Below, one piece after another: positions 39,534 through 51,895 of a stretch of DNA of 64,000 nt. The position numbers and the translations under genes were made by a program. Each line of letters starts with the position of its first letter. The stretch's first letter is position 1. A model generated the notes under the pieces. It made no database searches. It had not been told where the DNA came from and worked only from the letters and a program-made list of their open reading frames with translations. Location of the stretch: positions 64,001 through 128,000 of the forward strand of contig CAWEMM010000012.1 of NCBI GenBank assembly GCA_963810095.1, given 5' to 3'. Source of the DNA: an uncultured Chloroflexia bacterium (GTDB lineage Bacteria > Chloroflexota > Anaerolineae > CG2-30-64-16).

Positions 39534-40970
39534 ATGCGCTGGACCCGAGTGCGCATTTTGAGCATCATCGCCCCGCTGTTGGTCGGCGGGCTTATCGTGG
39601 CCGGATGCGGGAGTGCGGCGCCCCAGCCCTCGGTTGCCACGCCTGCCCCGGCCGCCACCGCAGCGAGCCCCACCCTCGCGCCGGCAGCGGCCTCGGCTAA
39701 ATTGGCCGTTAACGCCGCGGCGGTCCCTGCGCCCGGCGACGAGCCCGTACTCCATCCGGACGTTTCCGGCCAGATCGAGTTGTGGCACTTCTGGGGGTCG
39801 CCGGTGCGCCGGAATGCCCTGCGCCGCGTCATTGCGCTCTGTCAGCAGCAGCTGCCCAATATCCAGGTGAACGACTCGGTTAAGCCGGTCGGCGATATCT
39901 GGACGGCAAACGTTGCCGCGGTAGCCGCGGGCGCCGGTATGCCCGACGTGATCGTCTCCGATCGGCGCACGCTGCCCGAAGACGCGGCCGACGGCGTGTA
40001 CATGTCCTTGCAGGAGTGGGCAGACCGCGACAACGTCCGTCGCGAGCAGTTCTATAACTGGGCCTGGGATCAGGCGCTCTACGAGGGCCAGGTTTACGGT
40101 ATCCCGCACGAGACCGACGTAACGGTGCTGTTCTACAACAAGACCTTGTTCGCACAGGCCGGGCTCGACCCGAACAAGCCGCCCAAGACGTGGGCCGATC
40201 TCGAGGCGTACGCGGACAAGCTGGACAAGATCGGGGCCGGGGGCAAGCTCGAGCGGGTGGGCTTCTTCCCGCTGTGGAATCGCGGGGTCGACGTCTGGCA
40301 GTACACGAATAGCGCCGACATGATTCGACAGGACGGCACGCCGCAGGTCAACAACCCAAAGATGGTCGAGACGGTCGACTGGCTTAAGAAATGGGTCGAT
40401 CGCTACGGCGGTTTCGATAAGCTGCAGGCATTTCGCAATCAGTACGACGCGGCGCCCAACGACCTCTTCATGTCGTCGGCCGTCGCGATGTACGTCGACA
40501 TATTTGGGTACAATAGCCAGCTGCAGTTCTACCGCCCGATGGTGAAGCTCGACGACGGGGAGGAACAGCGGCTCGACTGGGGCATCGCCCTGCTGCCCTA
40601 CAACACGAAGCCCGGCACCTGGAGCGGCGGCTTTGCCATGTCGATTCCCACAGGCGCCAGGAATCCCGCAGCCGCCTGGGAGTTCATCAAGTGCGCCACC
40701 TCGAGCGCGGGCCAGGCGTCGTGGGCGCGCGACACGCAGGCACAGCCGACGAACCTGAAGGCCGCCACCGACCCCGCGCTGCTCGCCGATCCGGCCTGGG
40801 CCATCGTCGACCGGGCGCTGCAAACCAGCACGGGGGGCGTCTACGTGCCGCGCTATCCGAATTGGACCGAACAGCTGACACAGCGCTGGGAGACGGTTTG
40901 GCGCGGCGACCTGACGCCGGCGCAGATGCTGAACGAGGCACAGGCAGCCGTCCAGGAGGCGTTGCAATGA
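39534..40970 (+). CDS. Sugar ABC transporter substrate-binding lipoprotein
   Basis: Lipobox IVAGC, PDV, YGIP, LFYNKTLF..AGL.P..PPKTW, AAWEFIK. Confidence 0.9.
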   Translation: MRWTRVRILSIIAPLLVGGLIVAGCGSAAPQPSVATPAPAATAASPTLAPAAASAKLAVNAAAVPAPGDEPVLHPDVSGQIELWHFWGSPVRRNALRRVIALCQQQLPNIQVNDSVKPVGDIWTANVAAVAAGAGMPDVIVSDRRTLPEDAADGVYMSLQEWADRDNVRREQFYNWAWDQALYEGQVYGIPHETDVTVLFYNKTLFAQAGLDPNKPPKTWADLEAYADKLDKIGAGGKLERVGFFPLWNRGVDVWQYTNSADMIRQDGTPQVNNPKMVETVDWLKKWVDRYGGFDKLQAFRNQYDAAPNDLFMSSAVAMYVDIFGYNSQLQFYRPMVKLDDGEEQRLDWGIALLPYNTKPGTWSGGFAMSIPTGARNPAAAWEFIKCATSSAGQASWARDTQAQPTNLKAATDPALLADPAWAIVDRALQTSTGGVYVPRYPNWTEQLTQRWETVWRGDLTPAQMLNEAQAAVQEALQ

Positions 40971-41028
40971 TCCTGAGCCTCAGCTATCCATGTGACCGCG
41001 CACGGCCAGGCTCGATCGGCCGTGAACT

Positions 41029-42619
41029 GTGACGAGTCCGAGCGGCGAACCCGTGCTGTTGGGCATTGATGCCGGTTCCACGAACGCCAAGGCCGGCCTG
41101 TTTACGACCGGTGGCGGCCTCGTCGCGCTCGCCTCGCGGCCGATGCCGCTGCGCCGGAGCAACGACGGAAGCTCGTGGTTCGATCCCGACCAGGTCTGGT
41201 CGGTGGTCAGCGACGCGATCCGGGAAGTCGTCGCGGCGGCCGGCAGCCCAAATGTGGCGGCGGTCGGCGTGGCGAGCATGGCGGAAACCGGAATCCTGCT
41301 CGACGCCTCGACCGGCATCGCCCGCAGCTACCTGATCCCCTGGTTTGACACCGGCGCGGCCCGGGACGCCGAGATGCTCGGCCGCCTCGCCAGTCCCCTC
41401 GACCGCTTCTGCCACACGGGACTCACGCTGAACTACAAGGCAGGGCTCGCCAAGATTCTCTCCCAGGTGCGCCAGCGCGGTGCGGCAGTGGCCGTTGGGG
41501 CCAGGTGGCTATCTACGGCCGACTACCTCGTCCACCGGCTTACCGGCGCCTTGGCGACCGATCCGACGCTTGCCGCCAGGACCCATGCATTCGACATCCG
41601 GCAGCAGCAATGGGATGGCGAGTGGGTGCAACGGGCCGGCGTTTGTGGCGAGATCTTCCCGCAAGTCCTGCCCTCCGGCGCGCCCGCGGGGACGCTCTCA
41701 CTTGCCGCAAGCGAGGACACGGGGCTGTCGGCAGGGACGCCGGTCGCGGTGGCCGGCCACGATCACGTGGTCGCCGCGTATGCGCTCGGTGTCGTCGCAC
41801 CCGGCCGCGTGCTCGATTCGATGGGGACTGCGGAGTCTATCGTGGGCGCCGCGCCGCCGCGCGAGTTGACGAGGGGCGACCTCGAAGCCGGCCTCGTCTT
41901 TGGCCCGCATGTTTTGCCGGATACGTTCTGCTGGATGGGCGCGCTGGCCGCGTCGGGCGGCTCAATCGAGTGGATGCGCACCATGCTGGCAGACCCGCAC
42001 GTCTCGTACGAGCACCTGCTGAACCTGTTAGCCCGTGCGCCGGCCGGCCCCTCGCCGATCTTGTACTTCCCGTATCTGGCCGGCGCGCAGGCGCCCCGGC
42101 CCGACGGCGCGGCCCGCGGCGGCGTTCGTGGGGCTGCGGGCCAACCACAGTGCGAGCGACCTCGCGCTTGCTGTGCTCCAGGGCGCGGCGTACGAGGTGG
42201 AGCGCATCCGGCAGGTGGCAGAAAGTCTCACGGGACCCATCGAGGAGATCATTGCAGTGGGCGGCGGCAGCCGGATTCGCCGGTGGGTGCAGATCAAGGC
42301 AGACGTGGCGGGCCGGCCCATCTACGTGCCGGCACAGGCCGAGGCTACCGCGCTGGGCGCGGCGTTGCTGGCAGGCGTGGGCGCGGGCGTCTTCACGGGT
42401 CACGACGAGGTACAGGGATTGCTACGTCAGGCGACGTCTCGCGAGGCGGACGAGACAGACGCGCGCGCGGGCCGGCGCACGGGGGTGGTGAAGCCTGACC
42501 CGGTCGAGCACCGCCTGCACACTCGGCTGCTCGACGGCCCCTACGCGGCCCTGCAAGAGCCACTGCGAGCGGCCAGCCGCGCCATCTCGGCCGCGCTGCG
42601 CGAAGATGAAGGCAACTGA
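41029..42619 (+). CDS. FGGY-family carbohydrate kinase; frameshift near 42120
   Basis: LGIDAGSTNAK, AGHDH, DSMGTAE, PYLAG, VGGGS...W.QIKADV, EATALGAALLAG. Confidence 0.88.
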
Positions 42620-45078
42620 TGACAGATCACGTCATGCACATGATCGGCAACGCGCACGTCGACCCGGTGTGGCTGTGGCACTGCGAGGAAGGGTGCCACG
42701 AGGTCATGGCCTCCTTCCGCTCCGCGCTCGACCGGATGAACGAGGACCCGGACTTCATCTTCTCGGCCTCGTCGGCCGCGTTCTATGCCTGGGTCGAGCA
42801 GATCAGCCCCGCCATGTTCGAGGAAATCCGCCGCCGCGTCGCAGAAGGCCGCTGGGAGCTGGTCGGTGGGTGGTGGGTGGAGCCGGACTGCAACATCCCA
42901 CACGGCGAGTCGTTTTGCCGGCAGGGGCTCTACGGGCAGCGTTACTTCCAGGAGAAATTCGGCCGGATCGCCCGGGCCGGTTACAACCCCGACAGCTTCG
43001 GCCATGCAGGCTCGCTGCCGCAAATCCTGAAGAAGAGCGGGCTCGACTACTACGTCTTCATGCGGCCCAGCCGCCAGGAGAAGGGCCTCCCCGATTTCCT
43101 CTTCTGGTGGGAGTCGGACGACGGCACCCGCGTCCTCACCTACCGCATTCCCTACGAGTACGGCACGAAGCCCGAGGGCATCGACCTCCACGTGAAGCGG
43201 GTGGCCGCAGAGATGCGGCCGCCGCACACGCACATCATGGCCTTCTACGGCGTGGGTAACCACGGCGGCGGGCCCACACAACAAAACATCGCCTCCATCC
43301 GGCGGCTGGACGGGGCGCCCGGTCTGCCCCACCTGATCTTCAGCCGGGTCGAAGATTACTTTGCCCAGGTCGAGCGCGAGAACCGCGCCCTGCCCGTGAT
43401 CCACGACGACCTGCAGCATCACGCCAGTGGCGCCTACTCGGCCCACTCGGGGATCAAGGCATGGAACCGCCGCGCGGAGCGACTCCTGATGACGGCGGAG
43501 CGGTTCGCCAGCCTGGCCGCGGTGCTGACGGGCGCGCCCTACCCGGCCGAGGAGTTACGCCGTGCGTGGCGCCAGGTGCTGTTCAACCAGTTTCACGATA
43601 TCCTGGCTGGCACCAGTGTGGAGAGCGCTTACGACGACGCCCGGGACATGCTGGGCGAAGCGACCTCCATCGCGGCGCGCGCCCTGAACACTGCTACCCA
43701 GTCGTTGGCGTGGAACATCGTCGTGCCGAGGGTGGACGGCACGAACCCGCTCGTCGTGTTCAATCCCCATGCATGGCCCAGCCGGGGCGTGGTCGATATG
43801 GAGTATGGCATCCTGGCAGAAGACCAGGTGCTTGTCGACGACCAGGGCCGCCTCGTGCCGTTCCAGCGCACGCCGTCTGAGGCCGCGGTGCGCCGCCGCG
43901 ACCGGCTCAACTTCCTGGCGGACCTGCCCTCGCTGGGTTACCGGGTGTACCGTGTGGTTCCGAAAGCCTCCTTGCCCGAACAGGCCATCGAGAACTCCGA
44001 GAGCCTACCGTCCTACGTGGCTGCGGGCGAGAACTGGCTGGAGAACGGGCGCTTCCGCCTCGAGTTTGACACGGAGACGGGGCAGCTGAAGAGCCTGTAC
44101 GACAAGGAGGCAGGCGTCGAGGCGCTGGCGGGCCCTGCGGCAGTGCCGGTCGCCATCGAGGATCGCAGCGACACCTGGAGCCACAACGTCTTTCGCTTCA
44201 CGGGCCCGGCCGAACGCTTCGCGCTGGTATCGCTGACCGTGCTCGCCAACGGCCCCGTGAAAGCGGTCTTGCGCGTCGTCAGCGAGTGTGGGCGCTCACG
44301 GCTGGTGCAGGACTTCACCTTGTACGCGGCGCTGGATCACATCGACGTCTTCTGCACGCTCGACTGGCACGAGCAGTTCAAGATGCTTAAGCTGCTCTTT
44401 CCCATCAACGTCCACTTCCAGACGGCCACGTCGCAGATCCCATACGGGCATATCGTGCGGGAGGTCGACGGCGACGAAGAGCCCGGCGGGGCCTGGCTCG
44501 ATCTTTCGGGTGCGTCCCGGCAGACCGACGAGCCGTACGGCGTCAGCATTCTCAATGACAGCAAGCACAGCTACAGCGTTCACCTGCGCGAGATTGGACT
44601 GACCGTGCTGCGCAGCCCTATCTACGCACACCACGATCCGATGATCCCCGACCCGGACCGCCTCTATTCCTTCGTCGACCAGGGCATCCAGCGCTTTCGC
44701 TACGCGCTCCTGCCACACCGGGGGAGCTGGCAGGAAGCGGAGACGGTGCACCGGGCCGCAGAGATCAACGACCCGCCAGTCCCGCTTGCCGGGAACATGG
44801 GACCGGAGGGTTTTCTCCCGCTCGCCGGCGCGTTCCTCGAGGTGGAGCCGGGCAATGTGGTTGCGCAGGTGCTCAAGCAGGCCGAGGACGGGGACGGGCT
44901 CGTGGTCCGGCTCTACGAGACGGCGGGCGAAACCGCCCGGGCAACGGTCCGCCTCTCTCACCTCGGGCGGGAGTTCGAGGCGGACTTCGCGCCCAGCGAG
45001 ATCAAGACGTTTCTGCTGCCGCACGACGCTGCCCTGCCCGTACGCGAGGTCAACATCCTCGAATGGGAAATGAGATAG
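42619..45078 (+). CDS. GH38 alpha-mannosidase
   Basis: GNAHVDPVWLW, GGWWVEPD, PDSFGH, YGVGNHGGGP, NQFHDILAG. Confidence 0.93.
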   Translation: MTDHVMHMIGNAHVDPVWLWHCEEGCHEVMASFRSALDRMNEDPDFIFSASSAAFYAWVEQISPAMFEEIRRRVAEGRWELVGGWWVEPDCNIPHGESFCRQGLYGQRYFQEKFGRIARAGYNPDSFGHAGSLPQILKKSGLDYYVFMRPSRQEKGLPDFLFWWESDDGTRVLTYRIPYEYGTKPEGIDLHVKRVAAEMRPPHTHIMAFYGVGNHGGGPTQQNIASIRRLDGAPGLPHLIFSRVEDYFAQVERENRALPVIHDDLQHHASGAYSAHSGIKAWNRRAERLLMTAERFASLAAVLTGAPYPAEELRRAWRQVLFNQFHDILAGTSVESAYDDARDMLGEATSIAARALNTATQSLAWNIVVPRVDGTNPLVVFNPHAWPSRGVVDMEYGILAEDQVLVDDQGRLVPFQRTPSEAAVRRRDRLNFLADLPSLGYRVYRVVPKASLPEQAIENSESLPSYVAAGENWLENGRFRLEFDTETGQLKSLYDKEAGVEALAGPAAVPVAIEDRSDTWSHNVFRFTGPAERFALVSLTVLANGPVKAVLRVVSECGRSRLVQDFTLYAALDHIDVFCTLDWHEQFKMLKLLFPINVHFQTATSQIPYGHIVREVDGDEEPGGAWLDLSGASRQTDEPYGVSILNDSKHSYSVHLREIGLTVLRSPIYAHHDPMIPDPDRLYSFVDQGIQRFRYALLPHRGSWQEAETVHRAAEINDPPVPLAGNMGPEGFLPLAGAFLEVEPGNVVAQVLKQAEDGDGLVVRLYETAGETARATVRLSHLGREFEADFAPSEIKTFLLPHDAALPVREVNILEWEMR

Positions 45079-45094
45079 AGACCAAACATGAAGG

Positions 45095-45159
45095 ACCAAA
45101 GAACCAAAGGTTCGGGAAGTTCTCCGCAAGCTTTGTGAAACTTGGTGTCCTTTGGTTCT
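45095..45159. repeat. Short-period inverted-repeat element (ACCAAAG type)
   Basis: accaaagaaccaaagg ... cttggtgtcctttggttct. Confidence 0.5.
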
Positions 45160-45183
45160 TGCTGTGATAGGGAATCGCATCCC

Positions 45184-48100
45184 ATGAAGTTCTTTACGGT
45201 GCAGAAGATCGAGCGGCTGCTGCGCGAGGTGCAGGCCGCGGTCTACCGGGGCGTCCTCAACATCCCCAACTGGAAAGCGATCGAAGTCGACGTGACGGGC
45301 GCGGAAGCCCCGGATTTTGACGACAGCGGCTGGCGCGACTTCCGGCTGGGGGATGCGTGGGGCGGATATGACGTCGTGGCCTGGTTTCGCACCCGGGTGC
45401 CGATTCCCCACGATTGGCGCCCGAGCGGGGGTCAGGGCCGCAAGCTGGCACTCTCCTTTCTGGTGGGCCCGCGGGAAGAAGGCAACTCGACCGCCGAGAC
45501 CCTGCTTTATGTCAACGGACAGCCCCTACAGGCCATCGACCGGTGGCACGAGGAAGCCTGGCTGCCACCCGAGCTGACCGGCGACGGCGAGCTGTGCCTG
45601 GCGCTGCGGGCTTGGAGCGGCGTGCTCGAGGTGCCCCCCGTGCGCCACTTCCGCCGCGCCCAGCTCGTCTGGATCGACGAGAACGCGGAGCGGCTGGCCG
45701 GCCTGACCGACATCCTGCTCCGGGCGATACGAGATCTGCCGGAGAACGACCTGCGCCGGCACATGTTCCTGGCAGCTCTGCACCGGGTTTACCTCGACAT
45801 CGACTTCGCGGCCTCTCGCCCCGACCAACAGGCGCCCGGCCTTGCGGTGACGTACACGGAACGGTTCTACGACACCGTACGTGCGGCGGTCCGCGTCCTC
45901 TCCGCGGAGCTGGAAGTGTGGCACGGCACGCGCGAGCTCAAGCCGGTGATCACGGCCATCGGGCACGCCCACATCGACCTGGCGTGGCTGTGGCGGCTGA
46001 AGCACTCGCGAGAAGGCCAGCCGCACCTTCAGCACCGCGCTGCACCTCATGCGCCAGTTTCCCGAATACCGTTTCATGCACTCGGCGCCGCAAGCGTACA
46101 AGTTTCTGAAACAAGACTACCCGGACATTTTCGAGCGGGTGAAGGCGCGCATCGCCGAGGGCCGCTGGGAGGTGACGGGCGGCATGTGGGTGGAAGCCGA
46201 CACGAACCTGATCGGCAGCGAGTCGCTGGTGCGCCAGTTCCTGTACGGCATGCGCTACGTGCAAGACGAGTTCGGCGTCGACATGCGGGTGCTGTGGCTG
46301 CCCGACGCGTTCGGCTACTCCTACGCCCTGCCCCAGGTCGCCAGCCAGAGCGGCATCCGCTATTTCGTCACGAGCAAGATCAGCTGGAGCCAGTTCAACC
46401 GCTTCCCCAATGACACGTTCCGGTGGCGCGGGCTCGACGGCACGGAGCTGCTGTCGCACTTCATCACCACGCCCGAGATCGAGAGCCCGGGCAGCGCACA
46501 CACCTACAACGGCCAGATCACCCCGCGTGAGGTCAAGGGCATCTGGGAGAACTACCGGCAGAAGGACATCAACGAAGAACTGCTGATGCTGTTCGGCTGG
46601 GGCGACGGCGGCGGCGGCCCGACCCGGGAAATGCTGGAGCGCGCCGGGGTGCTGCGCAACCTGCCGGGCTACCCCGCGGTCGAGCTGGGGAAGGCCGAGC
46701 CCTTCTTCGACCGGCTGGCCGACCGGCTGCGGGGTGAGGACGTGCCGGTGTGGGACGGCGAACTGTACCTCGAGATCCACCGCGGCACTTACACCTCGCA
46801 GGCGTTCCTGAAGCGTGCGAACCGCAAGGCCGAGATCCTCTACCACGACGCGGAATGGCTCAGCAGCCTGGCCGACGTGCTGCTGGGCCAATCCGAGTAC
46901 CCGATGGACGCGCTGCGCGAGGGCTGGGAAGCCATCCTGCTCCACCAGTTCCACGATATCCTGCCCGGCTCCTCCATCCGGCAGGTCTACGAAGACGCGG
47001 CGCGGGCGTACGAGCGGATCGAGTCGATCGGGTGGCAGACGCAGACCGCGGCGCTCGACCGGATCGCGTGGAGCGTCGGGACCGCAGGCGAGTCGTTGAT
47101 TGCGTTCAACCCGCTTTCCTGGACCCGCGACGACGTCGCTGGCGCTGCCTTGGGATGCGGAACGGCCGGCGATGACCGTTAGGGGCAATGACGGGCTTCC
47201 GGCGCGATGCCAGGTTGTGAAAGAGGGCAGCGAAACCCGCCTCCTGGTCGAGGTCGAAGGCGTGCCCTCGCTCGGCTACCGTGCCTACCCACTGGTCGAA
47301 CCCGCCGGCGGTCCCGCTGCACCGGCGGGGCGCCCCGAGCCGAGTCACGCGGGGGGTTCCGGGGTGGCCGGAGTCGAACGATGCCCAGGGGCACGCTGCC
47401 GCCGTTTCAGTTACCCCGGAGCGACTCGAGAATGCGTTTTGGCGCATCCAGCTCAACCGGGCGGGCCAGATCAGCTCGCTTTACGACAAGCAGGCGGGGC
47501 GCGAGGTGCTGGCGCCGTTCGGCCGGCCGGCCGACCGCGGCGAGCCGGGCGAAGCTCGCGGCAACGTCTTCCAGGCCTTCGAAGACAAGCCGATGAACTT
47601 CGACGCGTGGGACATCGATATCTATTACCAGGAGAAGATGTCGGAAATCAACAGCTTGCAGGAGGCCGTGGTCGAAGAGAACGGCCCGGTGCGCGGGGTT
47701 CTCCGGCTGACCTGGCGCTACGGGAGCTCCACCATCCGGCAGCGCCTGACGATCTATCGCCGCTCGCCGCGGATCGACTTCCGCACGGAGGTGGACTGGT
47801 GGGAGCAGCAGGTCCTGCTTAAGGTCGCCTTCCCGGTCGCGGTGCGTTCGACCCGCGCCACCTACGAGATCCAGTGGGGCTCGATCGAGCGGCCGACACA
47901 CTGGAACACGTCATGGGACTACGCCCGGTTCGAGGTGGTCGGCCACAAGTGGGCCGACCTGTCAGAAGGCGGCTACGGCGTAAGCCTGCTGAACGACTGC
48001 AAGTACGGGCATGATATCAGGGGCAACACGCTGCGGCTGACCCTGCTCAAGTCGGCGCTGCGACCGGATGCGGCGGCGGACAAGGGCCGCCACACCTTCA

Positions 48101-48533
48101 CGTACTGCCTGCTGCCGCATGGGGGCGACTGGCGCGAGGGGGGACAGTTCACGAGGCGTATGCGCTCAACCATCCCCTGTTGGCTGCGCTAACGGGCCCT
48201 CAGGACGGCCCCTTGTCTCCCCAGCACAGCTTCGTCTCCGTCAGCGCCGACCACGTCATCGTCGAGACGGTCAAGCGGGCGGAGGATCGCGCACCGAGCG
48301 GCGGGCCGGGCAACGGGGATGGCTCAGAAGTGAACGCGTGGATCGTGCGAGTCTACGACTGGCAGCAGCGGCGCAGCAGCGGCGTCCGCCTGAAATTCGG
48401 CAGCACCGTGCGCCATGCGGTAGCGTGCAACCTCATCGAGAAGGCCGAAGCGCCGGCCCGCTATGAGGGCAACGACATCATCTTCGACATCAAGCCGTTC
48501 GAGATCAAGACGTTCAAGGTTTGGCTCAGTTAG
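45184..48533 (+). CDS. GH38 alpha-mannosidase (long form); frameshifts near 46010, 47140, 47340-47390, 48150
   Basis: GHAHIDLAWLW, GGMWVEAD, WLPDAFG, FGWGDGGGGP, GELYLEIHRGTYT, QFHDILPG, RFEVVGHKWADLSE, PFEIKT across five ORFs. Confidence 0.88.
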
Positions 48534-48562
48534 GAACGGCGGAGGTCCGATTTCTAGCCCGG

Positions 48563-48665
48563 AATGGGACACTGATTGAACTGATGAGACTGATCTGCCT
48601 GATCTGTTCAGAAAGACGGCGCAAATCGGTTCAATCAGTTCAATCAGTTCTATCTGCGTCCCATT
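48563..48665. repeat. 9-nt-period inverted-repeat element, family A copy 2
   Basis: aatgggacactgattgaactgatgagactgatc ... aatcagttcaatcagttctatctgcgtcccatt. Confidence 0.8.
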
Positions 48666-48680
48666 TCACCTCTCGTGGCT

Positions 48681-48742
48681 CGCCGAGCGGGGGCCCGCCA
48701 AGCGGGGGCCCGCCAAGCGGGGTGCCCGCCGGGCGGGGGCCC
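48681..48742. repeat. 15-bp GC-rich tandem repeat (about 4 copies)
   Basis: cgccRagcgggggcc units. Confidence 0.7.
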
Positions 48743-48776
48743 AGATGCCGGGACGAAGCTGGTTTCTCGAGCTCAC

Positions 48777-49658
48777 TCATCCGCGCTCGAACACCAGCAC
48801 GTCTTCCTTCCCGTCCTGCCAGGCCTCAAAGCCGGCCGACTGGAGCAGGCCCAGCGTCGGGAGCGCCGCGCCGTCCCGGCAGGGGACCATCGCCTCCACG
48901 TTCTTCTCGTCCGTGAGCAACGTCAGCCCGTGCCCGATCAGCTCGGCCAGCGCCGCCGGCTCTCCATCGACGAAATCAAAGCTGAGAGACGCCGGACCGT
49001 GCGGCGTGGGGTCGCCGAGGCAAACCAGCCCGACTAACCGGCCGTCGACGCGGATGCCCAGCCGGTGCGCCATTCTGTGAATCGCAAGCTCGGGCCCTCT
49101 GCCGAAAGGATAGAAGCGCCACGAATGCGGCAGGAAGCCTTTGCCGGCTGCCAGCGCATCGGAGCGGGCCACAAACGCGATCGCTTCGGCCATCGGAACG
49201 GACTCGGCGCGGGGCGACCGGACGGCGAACGGCCGCACCGCTTCTGCAGCGGCACTGCACGCGGCAAACCCGGCGGCCTTGCGGAACCCGTAGCCGGCCG
49301 ACACACGCTGCGAGGCGTCGTTATCCAGGTAGGTCGATAGCCCCATCCGTTCGACGCCGTCCGCTTCGGCCAGCTCGACCAGGTAGCCGGTGATGGCCTT
49401 GGCAATTCCACGACCCTGCAGCCCCGCATCGACGCGCAGACCCTCGAACCAGGCGTAGCCGGGGAACGTCCGGTCGTAGCGGGCGAGGCCGGCGACGCGG
49501 CCCTCCAGCACCGCGACGATGAGGCGGGCCTCAGGGGCGGTCAGCCACTGGTCGATGACGTCGGGAATGTAGTCATCCCCCTCCCAGGTCTGGGCAGCAA
49601 TTTCGAGGATGCGGGCCCGGTCCGCGGGGGTGGCAGTGCGAAATACAAGCTGGTCCAT
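48777..49658 (-). CDS. GNAT-family acetyltransferase
   Basis: TWEGDDYI, AWFEGLRVD..LQGRGIA, N.AS....GF. Confidence 0.85.
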   Translation of the reverse strand: MDQLVFRTATPADRARILEIAAQTWEGDDYIPDVIDQWLTAPEARLIVAVLEGRVAGLARYDRTFPGYAWFEGLRVDAGLQGRGIAKAITGYLVELAEADGVERMGLSTYLDNDASQRVSAGYGFRKAAGFAACSAAAEAVRPFAVRSPRAESVPMAEAIAFVARSDALAAGKGFLPHSWRFYPFGRGPELAIHRMAHRLGIRVDGRLVGLVCLGDPTPHGPASLSFDFVDGEPAALAELIGHGLTLLTDEKNVEAMVPCRDGAALPTLGLLQSAGFEAWQDGKEDVLVFERG

Positions 49659-49695
49659 GGCCTGTAGTATACTATCCTTGTGACCACGCGCAACG

Positions 49696-51887
49696 ATGCC
49701 GAACTCAACACCCTCATTCGCACTACCCGCGACCTGGTACGCGGACGCGCTGCGCCCCGATCTTGACCTGGACGCATTCCTCGCCGAAGTGCTGCGCCGC
49801 ACACGTGAAATCACCCCGTTTGACGTCGGTTGGCTCCTCCTGCGGGAAGGGGATCGGGTTCGCATCCGCGCCGCGGACGAGGCGCACCTGGGCGACGTCG
49901 GCATGTCCTTTCCCGTGGGCGACTGCGTCAGTGGGCAAAGCATGCTGCGCCGCGCGCCGATCTTCATCCCCGACCTGGCCGAAATGCCCGCGGACCTGCG
50001 CCGCGTGTACAAGCCCTCGCGCAGCACCGCCCGCGACATGCGCAGCGAACTGGTGGTGCCCCTTCTGATCAATGATGGCGCCGAGGAACGCGCGCTGGGC
50101 GCGCTCAACATCGAGAGCCCCGACGTCGGCGCATTTGCAGCCGAGCAGATCGAAGTCCTCCGCCTGTTGGCCGATCACGCCGCGCTGGCCATCGAGCTGG
50201 CCCGCTCGCGGCAGGAAGCCGCCGCGCTGAGCGCGATCAGCCTGCAGCTGGCGCGGCGAGACCGAGCTGGGCGACATCGTGCGAACCGTGCTCGAGCGCG
50301 CCCTCGGGCTGGTGGGCGGCCGGTTCGGCCAAATCCTGCTCACCGAGGGCAGCGCGGAGCTCGGCGGCGACCTGGTCGTCCACTACACGACCAACACCCC
50401 ACCCGCGAGCTCGGGCTGCGCTTTGGCCTGCACGACTCGGTGAGCGGCCTGGCCGTCCACGAGCGCCGGCCCGTCATCGTGCCCGACGTATCGCAGCCGG
50501 CCTACTACGTCGTCGAGCGGGTGGGACAGGGCCGGCCCCCGCGGCTCGCGCCGCGCGCAGCCGCACGGCCCCAGTACCAGCGAGTGCTGGAGCGCGAGAA
50601 GGAACGCATTCGGGCGGAGTTCGCCGCGCCGCTGTGGGACGGCGCCCGGTCGACCATCGTCGGCATCCTCAACGTCGAGACGCCGCGCGAGGAGGGCTTT
50701 TCGGAGGAGCAGCGGGCGAAGCTGGCCGCCCTGGGGAAACGCGCGGCAACGCTTTCTGCGACGCGCTGCTCCACGCCGACCCTGCGTCGCTGCGCACACT
50801 CCTCGACGAGGCGCTGCTGCTCGGCGCGACGACCTTCGGCCAACTGCTCGACCTTGACGGGGAGCAACTGATGATCGTCACGACCACAGGCGGCGAACCG
50901 GTAGGGACCCGCGTTTCCGTGGTCGAGTCGGTCAGCGGCGAGGTGCTGGCGCGACGCGCGCCCTACTACGTGCCCGACGTGGACGCGGAACCCCGCTACT
51001 GCCGCTACCTGGGCGAGGAGATGAAGAGCGAGCTTGCCGTGCCGCTGCTGAGCGGCGACTCGGTATTGGGCGTGCTGAACCTCGAAAGCCCCGCGCCCGG
51101 CTTCTTCACCGCCGAGCATGCCCAAATCCTCCAAGCACTAGCCGGGCAGGCTGCGCTGGCGGTCGAGCGTGCCCGGCGGTTCGAGGTCGAGCGACTGGCC
51201 GCCATCGGCGGGCTGGCGGGCGATATCGTGCACCGGCTGAACAACCCCCTCGGCGCGCTCAGCGGCTGGCTCGACTTGCTCAAGCGCAAGGACTTCTACG
51301 CTAAACTGGTGGCCGAATACCCTTATGTCGAGCAGTACGTGGCGCGCTCGGAACGCGACATCGGCCGTGCGAAGGCCATCGTGCAGGAGCTCCGCACGGA
51401 GCTCAAGCGCCGCGCTCCCACGCCGGTGATCCTGCAGGCGGCGATCGTCGAAGCGCTCACGCGGGCGGGCCTGAGCCAGCCGGGCGAGCCGGGTGCCGGG
51501 CCCGTGCGGGTCGACGCTGCGCTCCCACCCGAGCCGGTACGAGTGCTGGCTGGGCCCAGCCTCGCGGGGATTTTCTGGAACCTGGTGGACAACGCGGCAA
51601 AGGCCATGCGCGACGGCGGCACGCTGACGATTTCCGTCACCCCCGGGCCTGGCGCGGACCGGGTGACCGTGGAAGTGCGCGACACCGGCGTGGGTATCGA
51701 ACCGTGGCGCCTGGCCTCGATCTTTGAGCCCGGCGCGTCGACCACATCAAACAGCTATGCGCCGGCCCACGGGTTGGGCCTGTGGTGGACGAAGGGCCAG
51801 GTCGAAGGCTACGGCGGAACCATCGAGGTAACCAGCCAGCCCGGCGAAGGCACGCGTTTCAGGCTGAGGCTGCGAACAACAGGATAA
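49696..51887 (+). CDS. Multi-GAF sensor histidine kinase; frameshifts near 50255, 50400, 50745
   Basis: Three GAF ends (SELVVPL..GALNIES, AEFAAPL..GILNVET, SELAVPL..GVLNLES); HRLNNPL, NLVDNA, DTGVG, GLGL. Confidence 0.82.
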
Positions 51888-51895
51888 AAATTCCT

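Noticed and set aside
45184-48533. Calling the frameshifted genes pseudogenes
   Set aside because: Catalytic motifs are intact and the indel pattern is window-wide, so sequencing error is more parsimonious
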